Assembly (NCBI GenBank): GCA_038316385.1
Contig: JBBQAN010000001.1
Span: forward strand, 11,381 to 75,380
From: Lysobacterales bacterium
Lineage (GTDB): Bacteria > Pseudomonadota > Gammaproteobacteria > Xanthomonadales > Xanthomonadaceae
Length of the DNA: 64,000 nt
Direction: 5' to 3'
Shown here: positions 42,438 through 51,474 of the stretch, one piece after another
How positions within the stretch are numbered: position 1 is the first letter of the stretch
Layout of the letters: every line of letters begins with the position of its first letter
Notes under the pieces: generated by a model
Database searches by the model: none
Told to the model about the DNA's origin: nothing
What the model saw: only the letters and a program-made list of their open reading frames with translations
Translations under genes and position numbers: made by a program

Positions 42438-44086
42438 TGCCGCCGCGGCCAAGCGGCGATAAACGCGGCCAGCGCGCCGCCACCAGCGATCCACACGGCG
42501 ACCGGCAAGCCCAGCAATTCGCGGCCGCCGATGTGGAAGGCATAAAGCAACACGCCGCAGATCGCGAGCGCGGCACCGAGCAGTGCGATCACCGTTTGTC
42601 TCTGCGCAGCACGCGAACTGGCCGCCAGCGCGGCGAGGTCTTCGGATTGCATGCGCAATGCGACATCGCCTGCGACGGCCTTGCGCAAATAATCGTGCAG
42701 CAATTGCGGAATCTCTGGTGCGCCGAGCAGCCAGCCGGGCAGCTTTTCGCGGAGGCGATCGAGGATCGCGCGCGGGCTGCGTTCGCGCTGCAGGATTTCA
42801 GCGAGCACCGGCTGCGCGACGACCCAGATGTCGAGTTGCGGATCGAGGGTGCGACCAATGCCCTCGATATTGAGCAAGGTTTTTTGCAAAAGAATCAATT
42901 GCGGCTGGATTGTGAGCTGGTTGCGACGCGCGAGCTTGAACAGCTTGAACAACACTTCGCCGAGCGCGATTTCCGACAAGGGTCGGGTGAAATAAGGCTC
43001 ACAAATCGTGCGCACATCGGCCTCGAGTTCATCGAGTCGTAGCGTTGCCGGCATCCATCCCGCTTCGATGTGCAGCTCGGCGATGCGCCGGTAATTGCGA
43101 TCGAAGATCGCGGTGAAATTTTCGGCGAGAAAATAACGGTCAATATCGGGCAACGAGCCGACGATACCGAAGTCCAGCGCGATGAAACGCGGTCGTTCCG
43201 GTTGCGAGAGATCGATCCACAGGTTTCCCGGATGCGCATCGGCGTGGAAAAAATTGTCGCGAAATACCTGCATGTAAAACAGGCGCACACCGGTCGCGGC
43301 AAGCTTGCGGCGATCTGCGCCCGCTGCATCGAGCGCAACAATATCGTCGGCACGCACGCCGCTCACGCGCTCAAGTGTCAGCACGCGTTCGGCGCTGTGC
43401 GTCCAGAACACTTCGGGAACATACAGATCGGGCGATCCGGCGAAATTTCGCCGCATCACACTCGCATTCGCACCTTCGCGCTGCAGGTCGAGTTCGTGGA
43501 GCAGCGAACGTTCGATCTCCGCGACGATTTCCAGGGGTCGCGTCGTTTCCGGATCAGGCCCGATCTTTTCGGCAAGCCGGGCGATGCTGCGTAGCAGTGA
43601 CAGATCCTGCGCAATGCGTTTTTCAATGCCGGGTCGCAGTACTTTCACCACGACCGAGTGGCCATTCTGCAACTCGGCTGCGTGTACCTGCGCAATGGAT
43701 GCCGATGCGAGCGGCGTGCGCTCGAAGCTGCGATAAAGTTCGGTCAAAGGCCGCCCCAGCGCCTCGACGACAATCGCTTCGGCCTCCTCGCCGGGGAACG
43801 GCGCAACCCGATCCTGCAGATGTGCGAGCGCGTCGGCGATATCGACCGGCAACAGATCGCGGCGCGTCGAGAGCACTTGCCCGAATTTCACGAACAGCGG
43901 GCCGAGTGCCTGCAATGCGAGCCGCAACCGTTCGCCGCGCGGCAAGCTGGCGACATCGCCGCGCACCGGAACGAACGGACGCAGCAGTTTCAGCCAGCGT
44001 GCGAGACGGGTGTCGTCGAGTAACGTGTCGAGTCGATAACGCAACAGGACCCGCAATATTTGCAAAATGCGCAGCGCGCCGCTCAT
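42434..44086 (-). CDS. ubiB: ubiquinone biosynthesis regulatory kinase-like protein UbiB (ABC1 family)
   Basis: 550 aa. [31 protein letters not shown]. Two C-terminal TM helices. Confidence 0.95.
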   Translation of the reverse strand: MSGALRILQILRVLLRYRLDTLLDDTRLARWLKLLRPFVPVRGDVASLPRGERLRLALQALGPLFVKFGQVLSTRRDLLPVDIADALAHLQDRVAPFPGEEAEAIVVEALGRPLTELYRSFERTPLASASIAQVHAAELQNGHSVVVKVLRPGIEKRIAQDLSLLRSIARLAEKIGPDPETTRPLEIVAEIERSLLHELDLQREGANASVMRRNFAGSPDLYVPEVFWTHSAERVLTLERVSGVRADDIVALDAAGADRRKLAATGVRLFYMQVFRDNFFHADAHPGNLWIDLSQPERPRFIALDFGIVGSLPDIDRYFLAENFTAIFDRNYRRIAELHIEAGWMPATLRLDELEADVRTICEPYFTRPLSEIALGEVLFKLFKLARRNQLTIQPQLILLQKTLLNIEGIGRTLDPQLDIWVVAQPVLAEILQRERSPRAILDRLREKLPGWLLGAPEIPQLLHDYLRKAVAGDVALRMQSEDLAALAASSRAAQRQTVIALLGAALAICGVLLYAFHIGGRELLGLPVAVWIAGGGALAAFIAAWPRRQ

Positions 44087-44796
44087 GCGCCGGATCCGCC
44101 CGACTTGAATGACGATTGATCGGCCGGATTACAATCGATGTCCGATGCATCGGTGTCGGGCAATCTGCGTTGCAGGTTTCGCAAGCGAGCCGCGAGGCGT
44201 TCGACCCTGTCGCGCAGCGCATCGACATCGTCCAAGTGCGCATCGAGTTCGGCGCGCCCGATTACGTCGCGCGATTCCTCGGTGAGAAAGTCCGCGCCGT
44301 GCCGCGCGAGTTGTGCCGCGCCATCGCGACCTGCGCGCAAGGCACCGCGTATGACCGACGCGATCTGCACGCCGACCACATCGCCGAACACCTCGGTGAA
44401 TGGCAGGTTCCAGTCAGGATCGTAGCGTTCGGCGAGGCGTTGCATCTGGCGCGCCAGTTCGGCATCGCCAGCGATCTTCATCTTGCCGACGCCAGCGCCG
44501 GTCGGCGAACGCAGAAATGACAGTTGCGATAGCAATCCGCCAAGCGTGCTGCGCACGGCGAGGTCCGGTTCGGTCGCGATGTCGGCGGGGCCAACTGCGA
44601 GACGGCCATTGCGCACGACCAATTCCAGCGCGAGCGCCGGCGCTTCCATCGTCAACTGCATGCGGCGTCCTTCCAGTGCGGACAACGCCGCGCACGTATC
44701 GGGGTCGAGTGCGAGCAGACGATTGAGTGCGGCTTCAAGCGCGCGCGCTGCGATGGGTTTGAATGCGTCGAAAACGGAGGTGCGGGCAGCGGCCAT
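44083..44796 (-). CDS. ubiJ: ubiquinone biosynthesis accessory factor UbiJ (SCP2 domain)
   Basis: SCP2-like N-domain. Position immediately upstream of ubiB, with an ATGA overlap. Confidence 0.75.
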   Translation of the reverse strand: MAAARTSVFDAFKPIAARALEAALNRLLALDPDTCAALSALEGRRMQLTMEAPALALELVVRNGRLAVGPADIATEPDLAVRSTLGGLLSQLSFLRSPTGAGVGKMKIAGDAELARQMQRLAERYDPDWNLPFTEVFGDVVGVQIASVIRGALRAGRDGAAQLARHGADFLTEESRDVIGRAELDAHLDDVDALRDRVERLAARLRNLQRRLPDTDASDIDCNPADQSSFKSGGSGA

Positions 44797-44841
44797 GCGT
44801 CATTGTAACTGGCCCGTCGCAAGGACGACGGAGTGCGGGAA

Positions 44842-45846
44842 TCAGGATGAAGACCGTATGGCCCATGCGGCTGCCAGCCGCTGCAAACCGTCATCGAAAT
44901 TCACTTGCGGTGCATACCCGAAATCGCGGCGCGCCGCGGAAATGTCGTACCAATGTGTAGTTGCAAACTGTTCGGCGAGAAAGCGCGTCATCGGCGGCTC
45001 GCCTTTCAGCGGCAATGCGCGCCACGCGACTTCGAGAATTGCACCGGCCGCGTAGGCAACGCCGAACGGAATCGTTCCCCGCACCTGCGGTGCGCCAACT
45101 GCACCGAGTAATGCGTTGATGGTTACGCGCGCGCTACGCGGATCGCCGTTGGAAATGAAGTACGGCTTGCCCGCGCAGCCCGTACCGACCGCCAGATGAT
45201 CGAATGCGTCCAGATGCGCCTGCGCCGCGTTTTCGACGTAGGTGCTGTCGATCAGGTTCTCGCCGTCGCCGACGAAACGCAATCGACCTGCGCGAGCGCG
45301 TTCGACCAAGCGTGGCAGCAATTGATTGTCGCCTGGTCCCCAGATCAGGCGCGGGCGCAATGCAACAGTCGCCAGCGCTCCATCGTTCGCCGCGAGCACG
45401 GCTTTCTCGGCGATGGTCTTGGTGATCGGATACGCGGCCTTGAAGTGGTCGCCGTACGGTGTGTCGATTTCATTGCCGCCCGCGACGGGATGGTTCGCAC
45501 GATGGGTCACGCTCGGCGTGGAGGTATAAACAAGTTTGCCGATCCCGTGCGTGCGGCACGCGGCAATCACGTTGTCGGTGCCGACCACATTCGCGAGTCG
45601 ATAGCTTTCGTAGCTACCCCACGCGCCGGCCTTTGCGGCATTGTGGAAGATCGCATCCATGCTGCGCGCGGCTTCGCGCATCGCATCTGCATCGGCCAAA
45701 TCTCCGCGAATCTGGCGTACGCCGAGCTGATCGAGTTCCGGATACACGCCGCGATTGAAACTTGCCACGTCGTAGCCGCGCGCAACCAGCAAACGGCAGA
45801 TCGCCTGACCCAGAAAGCCGCCGCCGCCCGTGACGAGTATCTTCAT
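44842..45846 (-). CDS. oleD: OleD, NAD(P)H-dependent 2-alkyl-3-oxoalkanoate reductase (3-beta-HSD/SDR family)
   Basis: [13 protein letters not shown] Rossmann motif and YxxxK (YPITK). Context with oleA/B/C. Confidence 0.8.
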   Translation of the reverse strand: MKILVTGGGGFLGQAICRLLVARGYDVASFNRGVYPELDQLGVRQIRGDLADADAMREAARSMDAIFHNAAKAGAWGSYESYRLANVVGTDNVIAACRTHGIGKLVYTSTPSVTHRANHPVAGGNEIDTPYGDHFKAAYPITKTIAEKAVLAANDGALATVALRPRLIWGPGDNQLLPRLVERARAGRLRFVGDGENLIDSTYVENAAQAHLDAFDHLAVGTGCAGKPYFISNGDPRSARVTINALLGAVGAPQVRGTIPFGVAYAAGAILEVAWRALPLKGEPPMTRFLAEQFATTHWYDISAARRDFGYAPQVNFDDGLQRLAAAWAIRSSS

Positions 45847-46247
45847 CGGGGTTCGCCGTTACACCCTCCCCTGCTTACAGGGGAGGGTTGGGGAGGGGTC
45901 GAAACCTGCCGCCAGATTTCAGCAAGCACATCGTCCGTTCGCATCAAAACAGCGTCATTCCAGAAGCGCAGTACGTGATATCCGTTGGCTTCGATCTTTG
46001 CCGTTCTCGCTGCGTCTTCAGTTGCGCGATCAACATGTTGGCCAAGGTCAAGCTCGATAACCAGCCTCGCTTCCACACAGGCGAAATCGGCAACACATCC
46101 AGCAATGGGATATTGACGGCGGAATTTCATATTCGCGACTTGACGAAGCCGCAGATGCAGCCACAGTCGTCGCTCGGCATCGGTTGCCGAGTTTCTCAAT
46201 GCACGAGCGTTGATCCAGATTCGTTGCAAGGTTTTACCCCCTCCCAA
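45843..46247 (-). CDS. DUF559 (Vsr-like fold) endonuclease-domain protein
   Basis: [23 protein letters not shown]...[17 protein letters not shown]...LVIELD.GQH...[12 protein letters not shown] is the DUF559 pattern. Both ORF ends run into repeat copies. The real start is probably an internal TTG near 46229. Confidence 0.7.
   Translation of the reverse strand: MGGGKTLQRIWINARALRNSATDAERRLWLHLRLRQVANMKFRRQYPIAGCVADFACVEARLVIELDLGQHVDRATEDAARTAKIEANGYHVLRFWNDAVLMRTDDVLAEIWRQVSTPPQPSPVSRGGCNGEPR
45864..45898. repeat. dispersed repeat, forward half: hairpin CCCTCCCCTGCTTACAGGGGAGGG + G-box TTGGGGAGGGG
   Basis: Near-identical to 48039-48073 and similar to 52544-52580. Supplies the last codons and stop region of the DUF559 ORF. 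Confidence 0.8.
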
Positions 46248-46346
46248 CCTGTCCCGCCCTGCCGGGCGTTCTTCGCCGCCCGATCTGTCGCTGGCAGATC
46301 GTACAACGGCGGCTCATCACCCCCTGCGCGCAGGGGGAGGAGCTAA
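46237..46346. repeat. dispersed repeat, reverse half (C-box CCCCCTCCCAACC ... hairpin CCCCCTGCGCGCAGGGGGAGGAGCTAA), expanded by ~70 bp of internal sequence
   Basis: The C-box is the exact reverse complement of a G-box consensus. The distal part parallels 48121-48148. It contains the oleC stop codon. Confidence 0.7.
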
Positions 46347-48094
46347 CCGCCGAGTTTGTTTGTGGCCCACGCTGCCAGTTTTTCGCGGCCGATCTTGGCG
46401 TTGTGGCGGATGTCGACTGGAAATTTCGGATGGAACAGGACGGTTGTGATCCTCGCCGTGTGCACGTATCTCTCAGCACTATGGCGCAGCGCGTCTGCGA
46501 TCCGCGCATGCTGATCTTTGCCGATGCCGGCGCGCAATTCCACGCACAACACTGGAGTCTGCTTGCCGTGGATGCCGACGCCGACGAGCGCGCTCCGTTT
46601 CACATCCGGATGCGTGTTGAAGACGGGCTCGACTTGTTCTGTATACAACGGTCCGTCTGCAGTTTCGACACGATGCGATTTGCGGCCGCAGAACCACAAG
46701 CGGCCTTCTTCATCGAAATAGCCGAGATCGCCCATGCGATGGACGATGCGTTCGCCGTCCGGCAAACGTTCGCGAATCTTCGCCAGCCGCGTCGCCTCGG
46801 GACGGTTGAAATAGCTGTCGGTCGCGGTCGGTCCGGCGACAGTGATTTCACCGATGGCTTGCGCGCCGAGTTCGGATTGTGCGAGCAGCAAATCGTCCGA
46901 CCATTCCGCGATAGCCGCATCGTCGATGCGGATGATGCGCACGTCGTTCGGCGGCACCCGCCGGCCGACGCAGGTTCCGGCACCACGTTCTGTCAGTTCG
47001 CGTGTGGTTTCCAGTCCGCGGCCTTCGATCACCGCGACAGGCAGACATTCTGTCGCACCGTAGGGCGTCCATAGTTGCGCATCGTCTGGCAGCAACGCGC
47101 GCATCTTGCCGACGACATCCGGCGGCACCGGTGCTCCGGCAGAAGTGACGCGGCGAATCGTCGGTAGTTTTTCGCCAAAGCGCGCCAGCACATCAACGAG
47201 TGCAGGCGAACCGAACAATTGCGTGACCCCAAAGCGCGCGATTGCATCGTGCAGTTTTTTCGGATCGGCGCGCGCAGGCCGCGTCGGGTCCATGTCGGGA
47301 ATGATCGAGGTCAGGCCTAGCGCCGGATCGAATAATGCGAACGGAGGAAATGTCGGCAAATCCACGCCGCCGGGTTCGATGCCGAACGCATCGCGCAGCA
47401 TCGCGATTTGCGCGACAAGATGCCGATGCCTATAGACCACGCCTTTTGGCACGCCGGTCGATCCGGAAGTAAACAGGATCGCGGCGATATGGTCGGGCTG
47501 CGTTTCCGCTAGCTGCGCGCCTGCATTCGCGCCCAGCGCTTCGACCTGCCACAGCGTCGCGCCGCGCCAGAACCAGCGCTTGCCGACAGTGACCTGGATG
47601 CGCGCAGACTTCGCCCAGCCGAGAGCGATCCGCGCTGCGTGCGCAAGCGGGATACCGATGAAGGCTTGCGGCTGCGCTTCATCGAGGCATTGTTTGAGCG
47701 CACTTTTGTCGATGCCCGGATCGACCAGTACCGGCACCGCGCCGAGTTTGAACAACGCGAACATCAACAGGAAGAATTCCGGCGACGGTCGCACCATGAC
47801 GACCGCGCGCACGCCGCGCACGATGCCGGTGCGTGCGAGTCCCGCGGCGATCGCATCGCTGCGGCGATCGAGATCGCGATAGGTCAGCGTGAGGTCGTAT
47901 CGCGCGCGGCCATTGATGCCGCGCGAACCCGGGCAACGCATCGCGATCTGCTCGCCGCGCTCGGCGGCCATGCGTGGCAGGGTCGCGGCGATATTGCAGG
48001 AACCATGCCCCGACAAGGTCGGCGGCGCAGCTCTTGCTCCCTCCCCTGCTTGCAGGGGAGGGTTAGGGAGGGGTGCCTTGACTTGGGATTCCAT
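46343..48094 (-). CDS. oleC: OleC, AMP-dependent beta-lactone synthetase
   Basis: CNIAATLPRMAAERGEQIAMRCPG and VMVRPSPEFFLLMFALFKLGAVPVLVDPGIDK match my recollection of Xanthomonas OleC. AMP-binding FTSGSTGVPKG. The first ~25 codons of the maximal ORF are repeat-encoded. Alternative TTG start at 48016. Confidence 0.85.
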   Translation of the reverse strand: MESQVKAPLPNPPLQAGEGARAAPPTLSGHGSCNIAATLPRMAAERGEQIAMRCPGSRGINGRARYDLTLTYRDLDRRSDAIAAGLARTGIVRGVRAVVMVRPSPEFFLLMFALFKLGAVPVLVDPGIDKSALKQCLDEAQPQAFIGIPLAHAARIALGWAKSARIQVTVGKRWFWRGATLWQVEALGANAGAQLAETQPDHIAAILFTSGSTGVPKGVVYRHRHLVAQIAMLRDAFGIEPGGVDLPTFPPFALFDPALGLTSIIPDMDPTRPARADPKKLHDAIARFGVTQLFGSPALVDVLARFGEKLPTIRRVTSAGAPVPPDVVGKMRALLPDDAQLWTPYGATECLPVAVIEGRGLETTRELTERGAGTCVGRRVPPNDVRIIRIDDAAIAEWSDDLLLAQSELGAQAIGEITVAGPTATDSYFNRPEATRLAKIRERLPDGERIVHRMGDLGYFDEEGRLWFCGRKSHRVETADGPLYTEQVEPVFNTHPDVKRSALVGVGIHGKQTPVLCVELRAGIGKDQHARIADALRHSAERYVHTARITTVLFHPKFPVDIRHNAKIGREKLAAWATNKLGG

Positions 48095-48144
48095 CGCGAA
48101 AGACTAACCCCCTCCCAACCTCCCCCTGCCTTCGCAAGGGGAGG
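48039..48144. repeat. cargo-less repeat pair: hairpin+G-box (48039-48073), 34-bp spacer, C-box+hairpin (48108-48144)
   Basis: CCCTCCCCTGCTTGCAGGGGAGGGTTAGGGAGGGG ... CCCCCTCCCAACCTCCCCCTGCCTTCGCAAGGGGAGGA. The spacer holds the oleB stop and the maximal oleC ATG. Confidence 0.8.
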
Positions 48145-49048
48145 AGCTAAGAGGATGCGTATCAAGAAACGCTCGAATCGCCGGCACCAGAATCGTGTGC
48201 TTATCCTCGAGCACATAGTGCCCGGCGTCCTTGAATGCATGCACTTCCGCATTCGGCAGCGCACTGGTGAAGCTTTCGAGGAAATGCTTGTCGAATACGA
48301 AATCGCGCAGGCCCCAGCCGATGAACGTCGGGCGATCGGCGAAATCGTGCAGATGTTTGCCAGCTTGCTCGACCAGCGCCCATGCCGGATCGCCTGGCGA
48401 CAACGGAATATCCTCCACGAAGCGTAATGTCGCGATGCGGTTGGCCCAGGAATCGTAGGGTGCAAGGTACGCGCGACGCACATCGGCGGGCATCGGCGTC
48501 ACCACACCCTGCTTCACCGCGCCCGTCGCGAATGCGTTGAAGCCACGAATCATTCCAGCGCCGAGCATCGAATCACGCCCGAGCTTCAACTGCCACGGCA
48601 TCGCTTTCGCATTCGGCAACGGAAATGCGGCGGTGTTGAGGATCACCAACCGCTTCACGCGCGACGCATTCTTCAGCGCCCAGCCAAAGCCGATCATCCC
48701 GCCCCAATCGTGCACCGCGAGCGTGATGTCGCCATCGATGCCGGCATGCTGCAACAGCGCGTCGAGATCGTCGACACGCGAGGACAGCGTGTAGTCGTAG
48801 TGTGGCGACGAATTTGCCGCATCTGAAGGCTTGTCCGACAGTCCCATGCCAATGTGATCGGGCACGATGCAACGGTAACGGTCGCGCAGCCCCAGCACGA
48901 GGTGCCGCCAGTAATAACTCCACGACGGGTTGCCGTGCAGCATGACGATGACTTCACCATGGCTCGGGCCTTCGTCGAGGTACGACATCGCGATGCCGGG
49001 GCGCACTTCGAAGCGCTGTGGAGTGTATGGGTAGTCTGGGTAGTTCAT
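48104..49048 (-). CDS. oleB: OleB, alpha/beta-hydrolase beta-lactone decarboxylase
   Basis: YPYTPQRFEV...MSYLDEGP...MLHGNPSWSYYWR and the nucleophile-elbow region VHDWGG (haloalkane-dehalogenase-like). The last ~18 codons are repeat-encoded. Start at ATG 49048. Confidence 0.85.
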   Translation of the reverse strand: MNYPDYPYTPQRFEVRPGIAMSYLDEGPSHGEVIVMLHGNPSWSYYWRHLVLGLRDRYRCIVPDHIGMGLSDKPSDAANSSPHYDYTLSSRVDDLDALLQHAGIDGDITLAVHDWGGMIGFGWALKNASRVKRLVILNTAAFPLPNAKAMPWQLKLGRDSMLGAGMIRGFNAFATGAVKQGVVTPMPADVRRAYLAPYDSWANRIATLRFVEDIPLSPGDPAWALVEQAGKHLHDFADRPTFIGWGLRDFVFDKHFLESFTSALPNAEVHAFKDAGHYVLEDKHTILVPAIRAFLDTHPLSSSPCEGRGRLGGG

Positions 49049-49270
49049 GCTATGCCGTGTGCTTCTGTAGTTCAGTGATGGTTTGGCTAGCCGCTTGACG
49101 TGCAAGTAGATTCGGCTTACGGTTCTCAGTGAAATGGGTTGGGACCACTCGACCGGCGCTGGGCTTCTGGGACATCCTGGGGGCCCTTTTGCTTTCTAGG
49201 CGAATACTTTCAATCCATTGCCGGTCACGCAATTGCGGTCCCCGGTGAAGAATTTCTCCTGCAACACATC

Positions 49271-50422
49271 CTAGGCACGGTTGGGCTGCCCGGGACGCAG
49301 GACGCTCAACCCGATCGGTCGGGCAGTCAAGTCCGCCAACTGCAGGCCTTCGGAATTCGTTTTCTTGTCGGCGACGAGCATGCGCAAGGGCAGCTGATTC
49401 CGGTCTCGGTTCGCTCCATCGCATACGCGTCTGAACTCCAGTTCCAGCGCCTGATCTTCCTTGGCACCCCGCGCCTCGAAGACGATGAAGGTGTCGCGAT
49501 GCACGTGCGCCTTAATCTTCAGGAAGTGCGCCACTCGCTCAAGGCCAAACTGCATGGCGAGATGATACGGGTGGTACGGTTCGTTGTATTTCGTCTTGTG
49601 CTTCAGCTTGTCGATGACGATCGCGACGATCGTCACATCCGTGGCTGCGATCACATCCGTCAATCGGCCCATGAACGCTTCGCGCGCTGGCTGGTTCAAC
49701 TGCGAGAACGCACCTTTCCTCTTGCGTATGTCGTGCTCGTGCCGGATCACGAGATCATGGCCGAAGGTATCGAATTTGAGTTTCGGATTGTCGGGGTCAC
49801 GGCATTGACATTCGTCGATGCGCCGCTGGTACGAGCCGTCGGCGTGCGCTTCGCGCGAAAACAGCCAGTAAAACTCTGCAAAGCGCTCCGCATCGCGAAA
49901 GTCGCTGTAGTGCCAGGACTTGTAAACCTGGTCGAGCGCCGTATCTGGATGTGGGCGTAGCCGACAATCGAGGATGCGGATCTGCTCGAAATCGGTGAGC
50001 ACGGCCAGTGGCGTGTTAGCGCTGTATCCGTAACGCAAGGTCTGGAAATGGGCGTCCACGCTGCGCGCCAAGTCAACACTCGGCTTCGTGGCTTCGACAA
50101 AAAAGCGCACGTCGCGGAAGTTCGGTTTCAAGTAGAACGCGTAGTCGGCACGTTTCTGCGCGCGTGCCGCGCCGACACTCACACCACGCTCGACTTTGAC
50201 CTCCTGCTCGTAGGGATTGTGTTCGCGCTCATGGTCGACGTCCCAGCCGAGCGCCTTCAACAATGGGTCGATGAAGTCCTTGCGCACTGCGGCCTGCTGA
50301 TAGCCCGGGAGCAGATAGGTGTCGCGCGCGTATTTTGCGAAGTGGTCGAGCAATGCCACAATTTTTGCGTGTGCGATCTCGAACGCAGATTTCTGATCCG
50401 TATCATTCAATAAACCGGTCAT
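49271..50422 (-). CDS. fusion protein: N-terminal HsdR_N-type PD-(D/E)xK restriction-endonuclease-like domain + C-terminal DUF3800-like domain
   Basis: N-terminal half: FIDPLLKALGWDV...RADYAF...FFVEATKPS...AVLTDFEQIRILD...FYWLFSREA, as in the N-termini of type I R / type IIG enzymes. C-terminal half: RIDEC..., IVAIVIDKLKH, YHPYH, ERV, FEARGAKED and GLQLADLTARPIG, as in DUF3800. Confidence 0.65.
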   Translation of the reverse strand: MTGLLNDTDQKSAFEIAHAKIVALLDHFAKYARDTYLLPGYQQAAVRKDFIDPLLKALGWDVDHEREHNPYEQEVKVERGVSVGAARAQKRADYAFYLKPNFRDVRFFVEATKPSVDLARSVDAHFQTLRYGYSANTPLAVLTDFEQIRILDCRLRPHPDTALDQVYKSWHYSDFRDAERFAEFYWLFSREAHADGSYQRRIDECQCRDPDNPKLKFDTFGHDLVIRHEHDIRKRKGAFSQLNQPAREAFMGRLTDVIAATDVTIVAIVIDKLKHKTKYNEPYHPYHLAMQFGLERVAHFLKIKAHVHRDTFIVFEARGAKEDQALELEFRRVCDGANRDRNQLPLRMLVADKKTNSEGLQLADLTARPIGLSVLRPGQPNRA

Positions 50423-50496
50423 AGCGGCTGCGCGCCTTCGCTGAGGATGGCGAGATGGGTTACGAGTCTACCCGACAGCAGCCACGAGCTGCGTCG

Positions 50497-51207
50497 TCAC
50501 CAATGCGTCGGCTTCTTGATCGGCTTCTTTCGTGTGGGTACCTGCAAAGGAAGTTGCGCATGTAGAAGTTCTTCATCAAGAATGTGCTTCCTTGTCCATT
50601 GCGCGTATTTAGAAAGTGACGTGCTGATGCTTCGATGACTGCTAGAACCGGTTGTTGGCGGAGGTACGGGGGTTATGACTCCGACGATAATTTCGGGGAA
50701 ATCCTCGCGAACTGCTTCAAGCACTGGCTCCGCGTCGCTATCGTTAGAGCAAATCACAATCTGCTCGAATCGTCCGTTGACGGCATCTCGATACATTGCC
50801 ATCGCGAGATTGACATCTGTCTTCTTCTCCTCGAGTTTCCAAACCCGCGTCCTGGCGTTTCGATCGAATGGTTGGCCAGCAATAAATGTTGGCAGGAGTG
50901 TGCCGCTCGTGTCGTGACTATGTTTTCCGGTCGTGATCGAGAACCGCTCAGGGTGCAGCTCACTGAGCGCGCGGTGGTAGCTTTGTTGAGCAATCATGGA
51001 CGCTTGGCCATGGCTGGCGAACTTAGCGAGCGCTGGAGCGGTGAAATATCTGACAGCCTTGAGTACGGCTTCAGGGTCCTGCACCCTGATAATGGCCTCA
51101 AACAAGGCGACCACATCAAGCCATTTGTACTCGGTATGGCGAAGACGCCCGTAGTAAAGGTTGTAGCCGTCAATGTAGACAGCAGTGTCTCGTGGCTTAA
51201 TTCCCAC
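50497..51207 (-). CDS. NYN (PIN-like, LabA/DUF88) ribonuclease-domain protein
   Basis: Four acidic motifs: VYIDGYNLYY, EEKKTDVNLAMAM, ICSNDSDAEP. GTG start with GGGGAA 8 nt upstream. Basic C-terminal tail. Confidence 0.75.
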   Translation of the reverse strand: MGIKPRDTAVYIDGYNLYYGRLRHTEYKWLDVVALFEAIIRVQDPEAVLKAVRYFTAPALAKFASHGQASMIAQQSYHRALSELHPERFSITTGKHSHDTSGTLLPTFIAGQPFDRNARTRVWKLEEKKTDVNLAMAMYRDAVNGRFEQIVICSNDSDAEPVLEAVREDFPEIIVGVITPVPPPTTGSSSHRSISTSLSKYAQWTRKHILDEELLHAQLPLQVPTRKKPIKKPTHW

Positions 51208-51232
51208 TGGCGATTCCCCAAAGCCAGAAATG

Positions 51233-51258
51233 AAAAGACCGCCTTGCGGCGGTCTTTT
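51233..51258. terminator. strong hairpin AAAAGACCGCC-TTGC-GGCGGTCTTTT (intrinsic-terminator-like on both strands)
   Basis: 11-bp perfect stem flanked by A/T runs. It lies 216 bp downstream of the oleA stop and 26 bp upstream of the NYN start. Confidence 0.6.
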
Positions 51259-51474
51259 CGTCCCAAGTCGGAGTCAACTAAATGACACGACGAGGGAAGA
51301 GTGGTGTGCGGATTAGAGCAGACTGGCCATTCTAAGTCAAGCTGCGGTACTAAAAATGGACAGACTAAGGCTTAGTTCGTGTTGCTGGGTGGCCCAAAGC
51401 TTTCGTTAAAACCGGTTTTGGCGGTTTTAAGAAAGATTGCTGTCAAAACTTTCCCTTGTTGCGTGTTACGACGC

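Larger units (their letters stand above)
49106..51474. other. low-GC insertion cassette splitting oleA from oleBCD
   Basis: Visibly AT-richer than all the surrounding sequence (by eye roughly half G+C). Two co-oriented foreign-looking genes plus AT-rich flanks. No integrase or obvious direct repeats found. Confidence 0.55.

Noticed and set aside
49050-49424. 124-aa ORF spanning the left island boundary and the oleB start.
   Set aside because: It overlaps the 3' end of the 383-aa gene and the oleB start region. The translation is Arg-rich and motif-free.
49106-51474. Direct repeats or target-site duplication at the island ends (for example GGCTTAC / GGCTTAG words).
   Set aside because: Only 6-7 nt imperfect matches were found by eye, indistinguishable from chance. 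The boundaries remain undefined.
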